DNA of 64,000 nt from Candidatus Doudnabacteria bacterium. Lineage in GTDB: Bacteria > Patescibacteriota > Doudnabacteria > UBA920 > 2-01-FULL-46-14. The stretch spans positions 213,504 to 277,503 of the forward strand of contig JBGQGB010000001.1 in NCBI GenBank assembly GCA_041497195.1, written 5' to 3'. How positions within the stretch are numbered: position 1 is the first letter of the stretch; each line of letters starts with the position of its first letter. A program made the position numbers and the translations under genes. Under the pieces are notes generated by a model. That model saw nothing but the letters and a program-made list of their open reading frames with translations. It ran no database searches and had not been told where the DNA came from. Positions 46,776 through 55,964 of the stretch are shown piece by piece.

Positions 46776-47858
46776 ATGAGCCGGAAAATAACAATTCAAA
46801 CACCCAAAGGGAAACGCCACATTGGCCCTAACGAACCGGTTTTTATTGTCGCTGAAATGTCTGGCAATCATAATCAGGATATCAACCGAGCGTTTGCGAT
46901 TATTGATGCGGCAGCAGAAGCGGGCGCCGATGCCGTCAAATTGCAGACGTATACCGCTGATACTTTGACTATAAATTCGGATAAAAAATGGTTCCGGGTC
47001 GAAGTTAACAAAGCATGGAAAGGACGGACTTTGTACCAATTATACCAGGAGGCCCATACGCCCTGGGATTGGCAACCCAAACTAAAAAAATATGCGGAAA
47101 GCAAAGGCCTGGTCTTGTTTTCGACACCTTTTGACGAAACCTCGGTAGATTTCTTGGAGAGATTGGATGTTCAACTCTATAAAATTGCCTCTTTTGAAAA
47201 CGGCGATTTAGAATTGTTACAAAAAATTGGCCAAACGAAAAAACCAGTAATCATATCGCGTGGCATGAGTTCGATCGAGGATTTAAAGCTCTCCCTCCGG
47301 ACGCTCAGATCGGCTGGTGCTCCGGAAATTGCCGTACTGCACTGCATCAGTTCCTACCCCGCAACCCCTGATCAGATGAATTTGGCAACGATTCCCGACA
47401 TCGCCAAACGTTTCAAAGTCATATCGGGATTGTCTGATCACACCCTCGGCATTAATGTGGCTATAGGTGCCGTAGCTCTGGGGGCATCCATCATAGAGAA
47501 ACATTTTACGCTCAAACGATCGGGCGGAGGGGTGGATGCCGAGTTTTCCCTCGAACCGCATGAGCTAAAAAAGCTGGTGCAAGCCATACGAGAAACAGAA
47601 ATAGCCATCGGCAAGCCCACTTACGAAATAGAATCTAAAGAGGCCGAAAATCTAGTCTTCCGCCGCTCATTATTTATCGTAAAAAACATCAAGGCCGGAG
47701 AAAAACTGACTTCAAAAAACGTTAGATCAATTCGTCCGGGATACGGGCTTCCGCCTAAATATCTAAAGAGAATTTTGGGAAAAACCGTAAAAAAAAATTT
47801 AGATCGAGGAACTCCGCTGTCTTGGAGTTTAATAAATTCGGGAAGCAATGTTGATTAA
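46776..47858 (+). CDS. pseI: NeuB-family nonulosonic acid synthase (pseudaminic/legionaminic/sialic acid synthase) with C-terminal SAF domain
   Basis: IVAEMSGNHNQDINRAFAIIDAAAEAGADAVKLQTY and a C-terminal antifreeze-like domain. Confidence 0.8.
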   Translation: MSRKITIQTPKGKRHIGPNEPVFIVAEMSGNHNQDINRAFAIIDAAAEAGADAVKLQTYTADTLTINSDKKWFRVEVNKAWKGRTLYQLYQEAHTPWDWQPKLKKYAESKGLVLFSTPFDETSVDFLERLDVQLYKIASFENGDLELLQKIGQTKKPVIISRGMSSIEDLKLSLRTLRSAGAPEIAVLHCISSYPATPDQMNLATIPDIAKRFKVISGLSDHTLGINVAIGAVALGASIIEKHFTLKRSGGGVDAEFSLEPHELKKLVQAIRETEIAIGKPTYEIESKEAENLVFRRSLFIVKNIKAGEKLTSKNVRSIRPGYGLPPKYLKRILGKTVKKNLDRGTPLSWSLINSGSNVD

Positions 47859-48516
47859 TATAGTCACTGACAATAAAAAAAGCTGGTTTTACAGCAAAGT
47901 TATAAGACTGGCCAAACGGATCAGAGCCCTCAGCCACCGTGTTAAAATATTATCTGATGCCGCAAAATTGCCGAGTCGCTCGGATATTACATTTTTTTTA
48001 AGCTACGAAAACTACATTCCCCGCAAAGTCCGCTACCAAAGCCGTCATAATATCGTGATTCACGCCAGTGATCTGCCACGAGGCCGCGGCATGTCCCCGG
48101 CTACATGGCAAATTGTAGCTGGGCAAAAAACGATCCCGGTTACGTTATTTGAGGTTGCCGACGGTTTTGACTCGGGGGATTTCTACCTAAAAGACAAATT
48201 TCATCTAGACGGGACAGAATTGATAGAGGAGTGGCGGGAAAAACTTTACCTATGCATGGAGAGAATGATTTTGAAATTTGTAAATAATATTAACAACCTG
48301 GAACCTCTGAAACAACGGGGAAAAATAAGCGTCTATCCACGTCGGACTTTCGAAAACAGCAAGCTTGATATCAACAAGTCGCTAAAATCGCAGTTCAACC
48401 TTCTGAGAGTGACAGACAACGAAAGGTACCCCGCCTTTTTCAACCACCGCGGTAACAAATATATTTTGAAGGTTTATAAAAAATCGGCAAATCACAAAGG
48501 TAATAAAGAAAAATAG
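47848..48516 (+). CDS. formyltransferase-family protein (Fmt/PurN N-domain-like; sugar N-formyltransferase candidate)
   Basis: HASDLPRGRGMSPATWQIVAGQK contains the conserved Asn/His/Asp catalytic-region pattern of formyltransferases. 222 aa. Confidence 0.6.
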   Translation: MLINIVTDNKKSWFYSKVIRLAKRIRALSHRVKILSDAAKLPSRSDITFFLSYENYIPRKVRYQSRHNIVIHASDLPRGRGMSPATWQIVAGQKTIPVTLFEVADGFDSGDFYLKDKFHLDGTELIEEWREKLYLCMERMILKFVNNINNLEPLKQRGKISVYPRRTFENSKLDINKSLKSQFNLLRVTDNERYPAFFNHRGNKYILKVYKKSANHKGNKEK

Positions 48517-48653
48517 CTGATCATAGTCAGTTGTCTAAGCGTATTCGAGGTGAACTCTGGTCAAATTTCCAAAACATCTCCTGGCGAAAAAGCGCCGGGA
48601 TTTCTTTCTGCTTTATAAAGCGGAAATAAATATTTTAATTCCTCAATTTTATA

Positions 48654-49511
48654 TTAAAACACAATTTCAGCGCGCAAATTGTTTGCCAGTCCCAACCAAC
48701 AATCAACTGGCAGAACCCTTAGAATGCGCAACAAAGACGACAAAAACGGCCCCTCCGGAATGCAATTCACCTCCTCCAGCCTACGAATCCCCCGCTGGCG
48801 CACTGTGCAGGAAACACCAAGACCGGATACCATGGCGCGCAGCGATCGAGAGGTGAACAGATTGATGTGGGCTGACGCTACCGTCGGAACAGCTCCAATT
48901 GCCCGATACAACCTCGCTCTCCATTTCAGTCCTCGTTCGTTCGGCACGTCTATCAGTACTTTGGACCTTGGAGGCAAGATCGTTTTCAAAAAAACGAATA
49001 TCTCTCTCGGATTGACCAAATGTTCAAGCACATTATCAAGGTACACCAATACTGGTCCGTTCAACTGCCTGAGCGCTTCCTCCAGGGAGGCGTGAATTGT
49101 TACCCTGTCGCCCAGTCTCTGTTTCAACTGCTTTACGAAAAAAGTATAAGGTTCAACAACGTGATATGAAACGTCCGGCTGCAATTCCAAAAAAGCCTCA
49201 GCGGCCAACCCCAGGCCGGGACCGACTTCCAACACCGACATTCCTCTGTGAAAGGCGCTGATCAGCCAAACCGCCTGATTTTTAGCAAAGAACTTACGAC
49301 GTTCGAAAAATGCTGGTTCAAGGTAAACATTGTCATAATTTTTGGCCATGAGCTCAGGGTTCTCAATCTCCCCGATATACGGATCTTTATGCCCGCCACC
49401 GCAAGACCGACATCGCACCCAAAAGTGGCCATTCCAAGTTAAGTACGGCTCAAAAACAGACTGCATGCCACAAATCGGGCATGACCCAATCACCGCCGCA
49501 CTTAATTCCAT
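48654..49511 (-). CDS. SAM-dependent methyltransferase with N-terminal zinc ribbon
   Basis: CPICG...CRSCGGGH, then VLEVGPGLGLAAEAF. Confidence 0.55.
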   Translation of the reverse strand: MELSAAVIGSCPICGMQSVFEPYLTWNGHFWVRCRSCGGGHKDPYIGEIENPELMAKNYDNVYLEPAFFERRKFFAKNQAVWLISAFHRGMSVLEVGPGLGLAAEAFLELQPDVSYHVVEPYTFFVKQLKQRLGDRVTIHASLEEALRQLNGPVLVYLDNVLEHLVNPREIFVFLKTILPPRSKVLIDVPNERGLKWRARLYRAIGAVPTVASAHINLFTSRSLRAMVSGLGVSCTVRQRGIRRLEEVNCIPEGPFLSSLLRILRVLPVDCWLGLANNLRAEIVF

Positions 49512-49687
49512 AATTTGCTCTTTGTTATTATCAAGATATTCTTTCTCAATAGATATCTAACTGAGCCCTGCTTTGCAACTAACGTTTTTTTATATCACAG
49601 GCGCCTCTTTCGCCATACTTTTACGCCACCTGCTTAAAAAGATGATAATCTAGAAATTCTGGCACAAATAAATTTTTTAATATCTTT

Positions 49688-50662
49688 CTATTTATTTGGA
49701 GTTTCTTCAAAATATTTTTTATACCAAATGTAAGTTTCCTTAACCCCTTCTTCGAAACTGTATTTCGGCTCCCAAGCCAAAAGCCGTCGCGCTTTCTCAT
49801 TGCTAATGCTTTGCTCCTGAATTTCATTTTTATGATTATTCAAGACTCGGTACTGACAAGTTTGTCCTAAAATTGAGGAAATTTTTTCGATCATTGCTTT
49901 TACGGAAAAATTGGAGTTCGCGCTAAAATTGAATGCCTCACCGGCAATCTTATCAATTTTCTCAGCCAATAATACATACCCCTCCACTACGTCTTTGACG
50001 TAAAGATAGTCCCGTGTAAAATTTCCGTCACTTCTGACTTCTAAAACCTTTTGGTTTATGACGGCATCCATGATCCCCGGGATCAAACGACTAAAGTTTA
50101 GGTCTCCCGGGCCGAAAATATTTCCAAACCTGCTCACGGCAACTGGTAACCCATAAGTTTTATAATAAGAAAGAGCGATCAGGTCGGCACTCGATTTGGA
50201 AACTTCATAAGGATGATCGCCCGCGAGTTTTTGAACCTCAGTAGCCTTCAGGCAGTCTTTGCCGTAAGCCTTATCACTTGACGCCACGATGACCGCTTTT
50301 ATATAAGGCGAGCGGCGCGCCGCTTCCAAAATATGCACGGTGCCCATGACGTTCGTTAAAAAAGTCTCATACGGATTGACGTAAGCGGCTGTAACCGTAG
50401 ACTGAGCGGCCACATGAAAAATATATTCGATTTCGTATTTGGTGACTACGTCTATGACCCGTCGAAAATCGGTTATGTCGCACCACGCGTTCACAACCTT
50501 TGTCCCTAAGCTGCGACCAGCAAAATAGGATTGCGGATTATGAGACCGGGTGGTGATGTGGACCTTGGCACCCCGGGCAACTAAGCTTTCCGTCAAATGT
50601 CCGCCGACTAGCCCGGTACCACCCGTAACCAAAACCCTTTTTTTTGTCAGTGCTTGCATCAT
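49688..50662 (-). CDS. rfbG: CDP-glucose 4,6-dehydratase-like SDR
   Basis: VLVTGGTGLVGGHL, YEVSKSSAD (YxxxK). Lies directly downstream of the cytidylyltransferase. Confidence 0.7.
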   Translation of the reverse strand: MMQALTKKRVLVTGGTGLVGGHLTESLVARGAKVHITTRSHNPQSYFAGRSLGTKVVNAWCDITDFRRVIDVVTKYEIEYIFHVAAQSTVTAAYVNPYETFLTNVMGTVHILEAARRSPYIKAVIVASSDKAYGKDCLKATEVQKLAGDHPYEVSKSSADLIALSYYKTYGLPVAVSRFGNIFGPGDLNFSRLIPGIMDAVINQKVLEVRSDGNFTRDYLYVKDVVEGYVLLAEKIDKIAGEAFNFSANSNFSVKAMIEKISSILGQTCQYRVLNNHKNEIQEQSISNEKARRLLAWEPKYSFEEGVKETYIWYKKYFEETPNK

Positions 50663-50664
50663 AT

Positions 50665-51492
50665 CTATTTTTCATCCTTCCAGACTTTCCAAAAAGGTTC
50701 ATGTGCCCACTGCGAATTCAATTCTTCCATATCCCGATGGGTATCCATACACTTCCAACCCCCAGGGTGACTATACATGGACAATTGTTTAATTTCCGAC
50801 AACGGAACAAATACCTCTTCGATCATACTGTTGAGTTGTACGAAATCGAAAACTTCCTTTTTAAAAACCATAAAACCGCCATTAATATAATCTTGCCCTG
50901 TGCCCGCACGCGAATTTTGTAATTTTTTTGCATTTTCACTTAGACTGACAACCCCGGATTGGTGAAATCCCGTGACCTTTTGCCGGCTGCCGTCAAGCAA
51001 AATAACTCCAAAACGAGTCAAAAGGCGAACCCCGGTAATCGTGCCGATAGTATTTTGCTCTTTATGAAACTTCAAAAGTTCAATCAGGTTGACGTCGCCT
51101 ACACCGTCGCCGTAGGTGACCATAAAATTTTCGTCCCCGTCCAAATAAGGCGCAACGCGGCGTAATCGTTCTCCTGTCAGGGTATCTTGTCCGGTATCGA
51201 CGAATGTAACCTTAAAACCGTCGCCATTATCATTATGAAAGACTAATTTGTTTGTCTCGGTATTTAAAGAAAAATCATTCGCATAAATCCGCTGCCTTAA
51301 GAAATAATCCTTGATCATATCCCCCTTATACCCCAAACATAAAATAAAATCTTTGTAGCCATAATGAGAATAAATTTTCATAATATGCCAAAGAATCGGT
51401 CTTCCTCCGATTTCTACCAAGGGTTTGGGTTTAAATTCAGTTTCTTCGCGCAGGCGAGTGCCCTTGCCTCCGCACAAAATAACGACTTTCAT
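50665..51492 (-). CDS. rfbF: glucose-1-phosphate cytidylyltransferase
   Basis: MKVVILCGGKGTRLREETEFKPKPLVEIGGRPILWHIMKIYSHYGYKDFILCLGYKG. Confidence 0.85.
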   Translation of the reverse strand: MKVVILCGGKGTRLREETEFKPKPLVEIGGRPILWHIMKIYSHYGYKDFILCLGYKGDMIKDYFLRQRIYANDFSLNTETNKLVFHNDNGDGFKVTFVDTGQDTLTGERLRRVAPYLDGDENFMVTYGDGVGDVNLIELLKFHKEQNTIGTITGVRLLTRFGVILLDGSRQKVTGFHQSGVVSLSENAKKLQNSRAGTGQDYINGGFMVFKKEVFDFVQLNSMIEEVFVPLSEIKQLSMYSHPGGWKCMDTHRDMEELNSQWAHEPFWKVWKDEK

Positions 51493-51533
51493 AGTAAGAA
51501 AATTATACTAGAATGAAACAAAATTATCAAGCC

Positions 51534-52559
51534 TCAAGGAATCATGGAAAATCCTGCAAGTGTCATCAGCAACAATGACTGAAAAACTGAACGGTTGCCG
51601 CCCCAGGCAAAGTCTATGAACAGTCCCGATTTCTCGCTGAATATAATCGCCAGGGAATCATACAAACCCCCTACGGACAGATATTCAACTCGACCAAAAA
51701 TTAAATCCATAAGCCCCCGGATCTTCATAGTCGTCATTAGATTGCTCTCTGGTAGATCTACGCCAATAAATTGCAGATACTTCCGATCCAGGTCATCAGG
51801 TGTTTGGTCTTGCCCGTCCAAACGCAGTCCTCGGTAAATCCCACCCTCGACCTTATAATCAAGGCGAGACAGGTTAGGGCCGCTCAAATCATAATCCGCG
51901 ATCGCACCGCCCTCTCCGATTATATGGAACTTGCCGACGCTGTAGTCGCGCGGCTCGACAATGCTCGCTTTGATCCCGTTCCGGAATATTATTTGCCGTT
52001 CGGCAATTTTCCCGTGCGAATAGGTATTTTTTATTTTGGAAATATAATTTACCCCGGTTAGCATTTTCAAAGTTGCCAGGGCATGATAACGATAGCCGCT
52101 GTGAATCAAGCTTATTTCTTTAATCTTGCCGATCTGGCCTTGGTCAATAAGTTTGCGCGCCAGCACAAAAGGGGGCAAAGTGATTGAGTCTTCCGAAACG
52201 CCAACGGATCTAAATTTTTTAAAATATCTGGCACAGCGGATGTCATGCAAACTCAAAACAGGCGTATCAATCAGTAATCGCACGTGCTGTGTATTATAAA
52301 CGGCCAATTTCTTGAGCACATCGGGAACCTGTTCCAAAGTTACTGCCACCATAATCAAATCCAGGGATCGAAAATCGATTCTCGAGAAATCATTGATCGT
52401 CTGGATTTGCATTTTCCGGTTGAAAAGCGAAATATCTTTAATTGACCGCGAATAAACAGCAAGCAATTCAAATTCATCTTGCAAGCAGTAGATTGCCGGC
52501 AAAATAGTATTTTGGACCCGCTGACCTGAACCAATCACCAGAACGTTTTTCTTAGGCAT
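51534..52559 (-). CDS. Gfo/Idh/MocA-like oxidoreductase (divergent)
   Basis: NVLVIGSGQRVQNTILPAI N-terminal Rossmann-like motif. The start is set at MPKKN, 8 nt overlapping the upstream stop. Confidence 0.4.
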   Translation of the reverse strand: MPKKNVLVIGSGQRVQNTILPAIYCLQDEFELLAVYSRSIKDISLFNRKMQIQTINDFSRIDFRSLDLIMVAVTLEQVPDVLKKLAVYNTQHVRLLIDTPVLSLHDIRCARYFKKFRSVGVSEDSITLPPFVLARKLIDQGQIGKIKEISLIHSGYRYHALATLKMLTGVNYISKIKNTYSHGKIAERQIIFRNGIKASIVEPRDYSVGKFHIIGEGGAIADYDLSGPNLSRLDYKVEGGIYRGLRLDGQDQTPDDLDRKYLQFIGVDLPESNLMTTMKIRGLMDLIFGRVEYLSVGGLYDSLAIIFSEKSGLFIDFAWGGNRSVFQSLLLMTLAGFSMIP

Positions 52560-53991
52560 TTGATTTGATATGATCAGCCAGTCTGATCGCCAAGGCAATA
52601 ATAGTTGCCGTGGGATGTGCATACCCAGCAGTCGGAAATAGCGAACTGCCTGCGACGTATAAATTATTAAGCGTATGGACTTTGCAGTTTTGGTCCACGA
52701 CAGACGTTTTCGGCTCAGTTCCCATGCGCGTCGTACCCATGTGATGCGAAGCGTCAGTTTTGATTGGCCATTCGGCCGCAGTCTCATCCAACAAGGGACT
52801 CTCCAAATCCCCTATTTTCATTCGGTTTAATTCCGCCTTGAGGGTCTCATGCAAGATGCGCATGGTTTTTTTCTCCAAATTGCTTACTGACCAAAAAATT
52901 TCGGCCCGCGGCCTGCCGAACGCGTCCCGAGTCTGACCCAATGCAATCCGGTTCTCCGGATTCGGCTCCTGCTCCATGAAGTTCCGGAGTGAAATCGAGA
53001 CCGGCTTTGGATTGACAATTTTCCGGATGAATTTGGCAAAAATTGAAGATCGTCCAAAATTCGGCTGTAGCTGAACATAGCTGTTCAGAACTTGTTCGTG
53101 TTTCTGGATCTGTTCGCTCAAGCCCAGCCCAATGAAGTACTGTCCGAATTGGTCGTAGCCGTCCCAAAAACCGCTCAAATCCAGATTCTGATCGGATAAC
53201 CTAATCGTTCCCACTTTTCCTTTAGGATGGTCCATATAGTATCGGCCAACCTGGTCAGATTCGTTTCCGATGCCAGATAGCAAAAGCAAACGAGCATTTT
53301 CAATCCCGCCGCAAGCCAAAATGAAGACTTTCGCATTAACACGGAAAGCATTACCGGCGAAAGTTTTCACCGCCACGTTCTCCACTCCGGAATTAGCTGC
53401 CCCAGCCGGCAAATTCAAAGCAACGGCATTGAAATAGACTTGGATATTTGACGATTGTTCAAAACGAGTATAAAAAACTTTTGCAAAATTGATTTTGTCC
53501 TGGTCCATGCGCCGCACGATGGTCGGGTTTACAGTACTCCGGGCAAATAAATTTTCATGGGGCCCAAAGGCTTCTGGGCTTGGAGCCTGGACCAATTTCG
53601 CAGCCCGTTCGTAATACGCGTCCAAATCCTCCCGGCCTATCGGCCAGCCCGAATGCGGCACCCAAGGCCGTGCAGCAAAATCAATCTGGTCATGGAGTTT
53701 CCAAATGCCGGCCCAGACCTGCGTCGTCCCACCAAAGCCTTGGGTCCGGGATTTTGGCGAGATTGGCAAACCAGTTGTTCCAAACTCATACAGTGCATCA
53801 AGTTCGGTCTGATTTTCCAGCGCGCCGCTTTCCAAAACGCAGATGCTTTTTTGTTGACTTTCCAGTTCGAGCGCCAGCGGGATACCTGCCGCGCCCGTGC
53901 CGATGATACAAATATCAGCCTCGATAATCGTATCATCTGCAATGGTCCGCGCGTCAATGAACATATTCCAAGCCTTTCCAAACTTCCGCAA
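52552..53991 (-). CDS. GMC-family FAD-dependent oxidoreductase
   Basis: DICIIGTGAAGIPLALEL (FAD GxGxxG) and C-terminal HHMGTTRMG (GMC active-site His region). Confidence 0.75.
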   Translation of the reverse strand: MRKFGKAWNMFIDARTIADDTIIEADICIIGTGAAGIPLALELESQQKSICVLESGALENQTELDALYEFGTTGLPISPKSRTQGFGGTTQVWAGIWKLHDQIDFAARPWVPHSGWPIGREDLDAYYERAAKLVQAPSPEAFGPHENLFARSTVNPTIVRRMDQDKINFAKVFYTRFEQSSNIQVYFNAVALNLPAGAANSGVENVAVKTFAGNAFRVNAKVFILACGGIENARLLLLSGIGNESDQVGRYYMDHPKGKVGTIRLSDQNLDLSGFWDGYDQFGQYFIGLGLSEQIQKHEQVLNSYVQLQPNFGRSSIFAKFIRKIVNPKPVSISLRNFMEQEPNPENRIALGQTRDAFGRPRAEIFWSVSNLEKKTMRILHETLKAELNRMKIGDLESPLLDETAAEWPIKTDASHHMGTTRMGTEPKTSVVDQNCKVHTLNNLYVAGSSLFPTAGYAHPTATIIALAIRLADHIKSNA

Positions 53992-55012
53992 AGGTAATAT
54001 CTCTCATGCAGCGGGAAAAATCCTCGCGCAAAGCATTCGGGCAATTCATCATGTAGCATTTCGGATGTACTGGCTCCTGGCACTCGCCCACAATCACAGC
54101 TTTTGCTCCCTGCGGGCGCTGGCTCGTGCTACAGCACGGGCCCATTAAATCCACCACCGGCACAGCCAAAGCGTCAGCGATATACAAGGGTCCAGTATCA
54201 GCGGAAACAAACACTGAAAAAATGCTTACTAAAGCTGCCAATTGACTTAATGAAAACAAACCTGCTGTATTGAAAAACATGCCGCGGTCCACACTTAAGG
54301 CCAGTTTCTCCAATTTCTCCCGCTCCGGTAGCGAACCGACTCCAATCACGCAAAATCCAGACTCATTTAATCGGTTCACCAAGTGCGCAAAGTTCTCAAT
54401 TCCCCATTCTTTGAAATCCTTTCCCGCAGTGACGGAGATTCCCGCTAACTTTTTGCCTTGTAATCCGTACTGGTTTAAAAATTGGTCGGCTACCACGCGA
54501 TCTTGCGCATCAAAATAAACCTCTCGCCGCCGGACCGGATTTGTGACCCCCAATGCTTTCGCCATCTCCAAATAATGATCCTGGGCCGCGGTGACGAAAT
54601 CATAGTTAAACTTCTTGGTCAAAAAAAACGAATAAAGTTTTTCCTTTTTTGACATTTTGTCATGCACGGTCCCGAGCAAATTCGGAATTCCCGCGACAAC
54701 GCACCTTTTCAAGATTTCCACGCTGGGCATCAAAATCAATACGTGCGAATATTGTTTCTGTCTGAGTATCCGGATACTTACTGTTCTGGGCAAAATTTCT
54801 CCGACCGCATCATTGCCTTTCAGAACTTCTTCAGCAAAAGTACCGGCTACTACATCAACCGGTTCGGCAAAATTGTTTTTCAGCGTTCGAAACAAAGGCG
54901 TCGTGCAGACCAAATCCCCGATTTTTCCCTCTTGTACGACTAAAACCCGGCGCCTGCCGGTAGACGATTTCAAAAATAAGCGAGCCGTGAGCGTTGTGAG
55001 GAAATCAAACAT
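53954..55012 (-). CDS. glycosyltransferase family 9 (ADP-heptose-dependent heptosyltransferase)
   Basis: VLVVQEGKIGDLVCTTPLFRTLK N-terminal motif. GT-B, 352 aa. Confidence 0.7.
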   Translation of the reverse strand: MFDFLTTLTARLFLKSSTGRRRVLVVQEGKIGDLVCTTPLFRTLKNNFAEPVDVVAGTFAEEVLKGNDAVGEILPRTVSIRILRQKQYSHVLILMPSVEILKRCVVAGIPNLLGTVHDKMSKKEKLYSFFLTKKFNYDFVTAAQDHYLEMAKALGVTNPVRRREVYFDAQDRVVADQFLNQYGLQGKKLAGISVTAGKDFKEWGIENFAHLVNRLNESGFCVIGVGSLPEREKLEKLALSVDRGMFFNTAGLFSLSQLAALVSIFSVFVSADTGPLYIADALAVPVVDLMGPCCSTSQRPQGAKAVIVGECQEPVHPKCYMMNCPNALREDFSRCMRDITFAEVWKGLEYVH

Positions 55013-55964
55013 TCAAGTAATTTTTGACATAATCATTGATGCCGTCTTCCAATTCGAAAAAGGCTTCCGAATAACCGGCTCTCCGCAAACTGCTGACATC
55101 AGCTTGAGTGAAATACTGATACTTTTGCCGAATCTCCCGGGGCATCTCGAAAAATTCTAGATTTGGCTCTCGGTTGAGCGAGGCGAAAAGTGCTTTACCC
55201 AGATCCAGAAAACTCCTAGCCTTTCCCGTCCCGACATTAAATATCCCGCTGTGTTGCGGATTATCCAAAAAAAACATAATCACCTTCAGCACATCCTTGG
55301 CGTAAACGAAATCTCGCTTCTCGCCCCCATCCGCCAATCCGGGCTGGGATGACTTAAATAAACGCATCTTCCCGGTTTGTTTTATTTGTTCATAGCCCTG
55401 GCAGATAAGCGAGGCCATCTTACCTTTATGACCCTCATTCGGCCCATAGACATTGAAAAATTTCAAGCCGACCCATTGACCGGGTTTTTGCCTGCTATCC
55501 AAGACCATTTCGTCAAACCAATATTTCGAATAACCATACAGATTCAGCGGGGTGAACCGCCGTGCCTGATCGCTGAACCCTTGACTGCCGTCTCCATACG
55601 TTGCTGCCGAAGACCCGTAAATAAAGCGCGAGCCGGCTCGAACGCAATAATCAAACAAAACTTTTGAGTACTGGGTGTTGTTCTCGCGGAAATATTGCTC
55701 ATCCTGCACGGTAGTATCCGTACAGGCGCCCAAATGGATGATGGTTTCGATTCCCGTAAGCTCGGGGAGTATAGTTAAAAATTCGTTCTTGCCAAAATAG
55801 CGCTCGTATTTCAAATTTTGCAAATGAGTTTTTTTCCGCTCATAGTCAAGCTGATCCACGACATAAAGCGACTGGAGGCCACGCAGGTTCAGCGCCTGGA
55901 CCAAATTTGAGCCGATGAACCCGGCGGCTCCAGTGACGACGATTTTGTTACTTTGCTCCGACAT
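55005..55964 (-). CDS. hldD: ADP-L-glycero-D-manno-heptose 6-epimerase
   Basis: IVVTGAAGFIGSN, YGSSAATYG, NLYGYSKYWFDE, FNVYGPNEGHKG, KRDFVY, FNVGTG, YFTQAD, LRRAGY. Block-by-block match to E. coli HldD. Confidence 0.9.
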   Translation of the reverse strand: MSEQSNKIVVTGAAGFIGSNLVQALNLRGLQSLYVVDQLDYERKKTHLQNLKYERYFGKNEFLTILPELTGIETIIHLGACTDTTVQDEQYFRENNTQYSKVLFDYCVRAGSRFIYGSSAATYGDGSQGFSDQARRFTPLNLYGYSKYWFDEMVLDSRQKPGQWVGLKFFNVYGPNEGHKGKMASLICQGYEQIKQTGKMRLFKSSQPGLADGGEKRDFVYAKDVLKVIMFFLDNPQHSGIFNVGTGKARSFLDLGKALFASLNREPNLEFFEMPREIRQKYQYFTQADVSSLRRAGYSEAFFELEDGINDYVKNYLNV

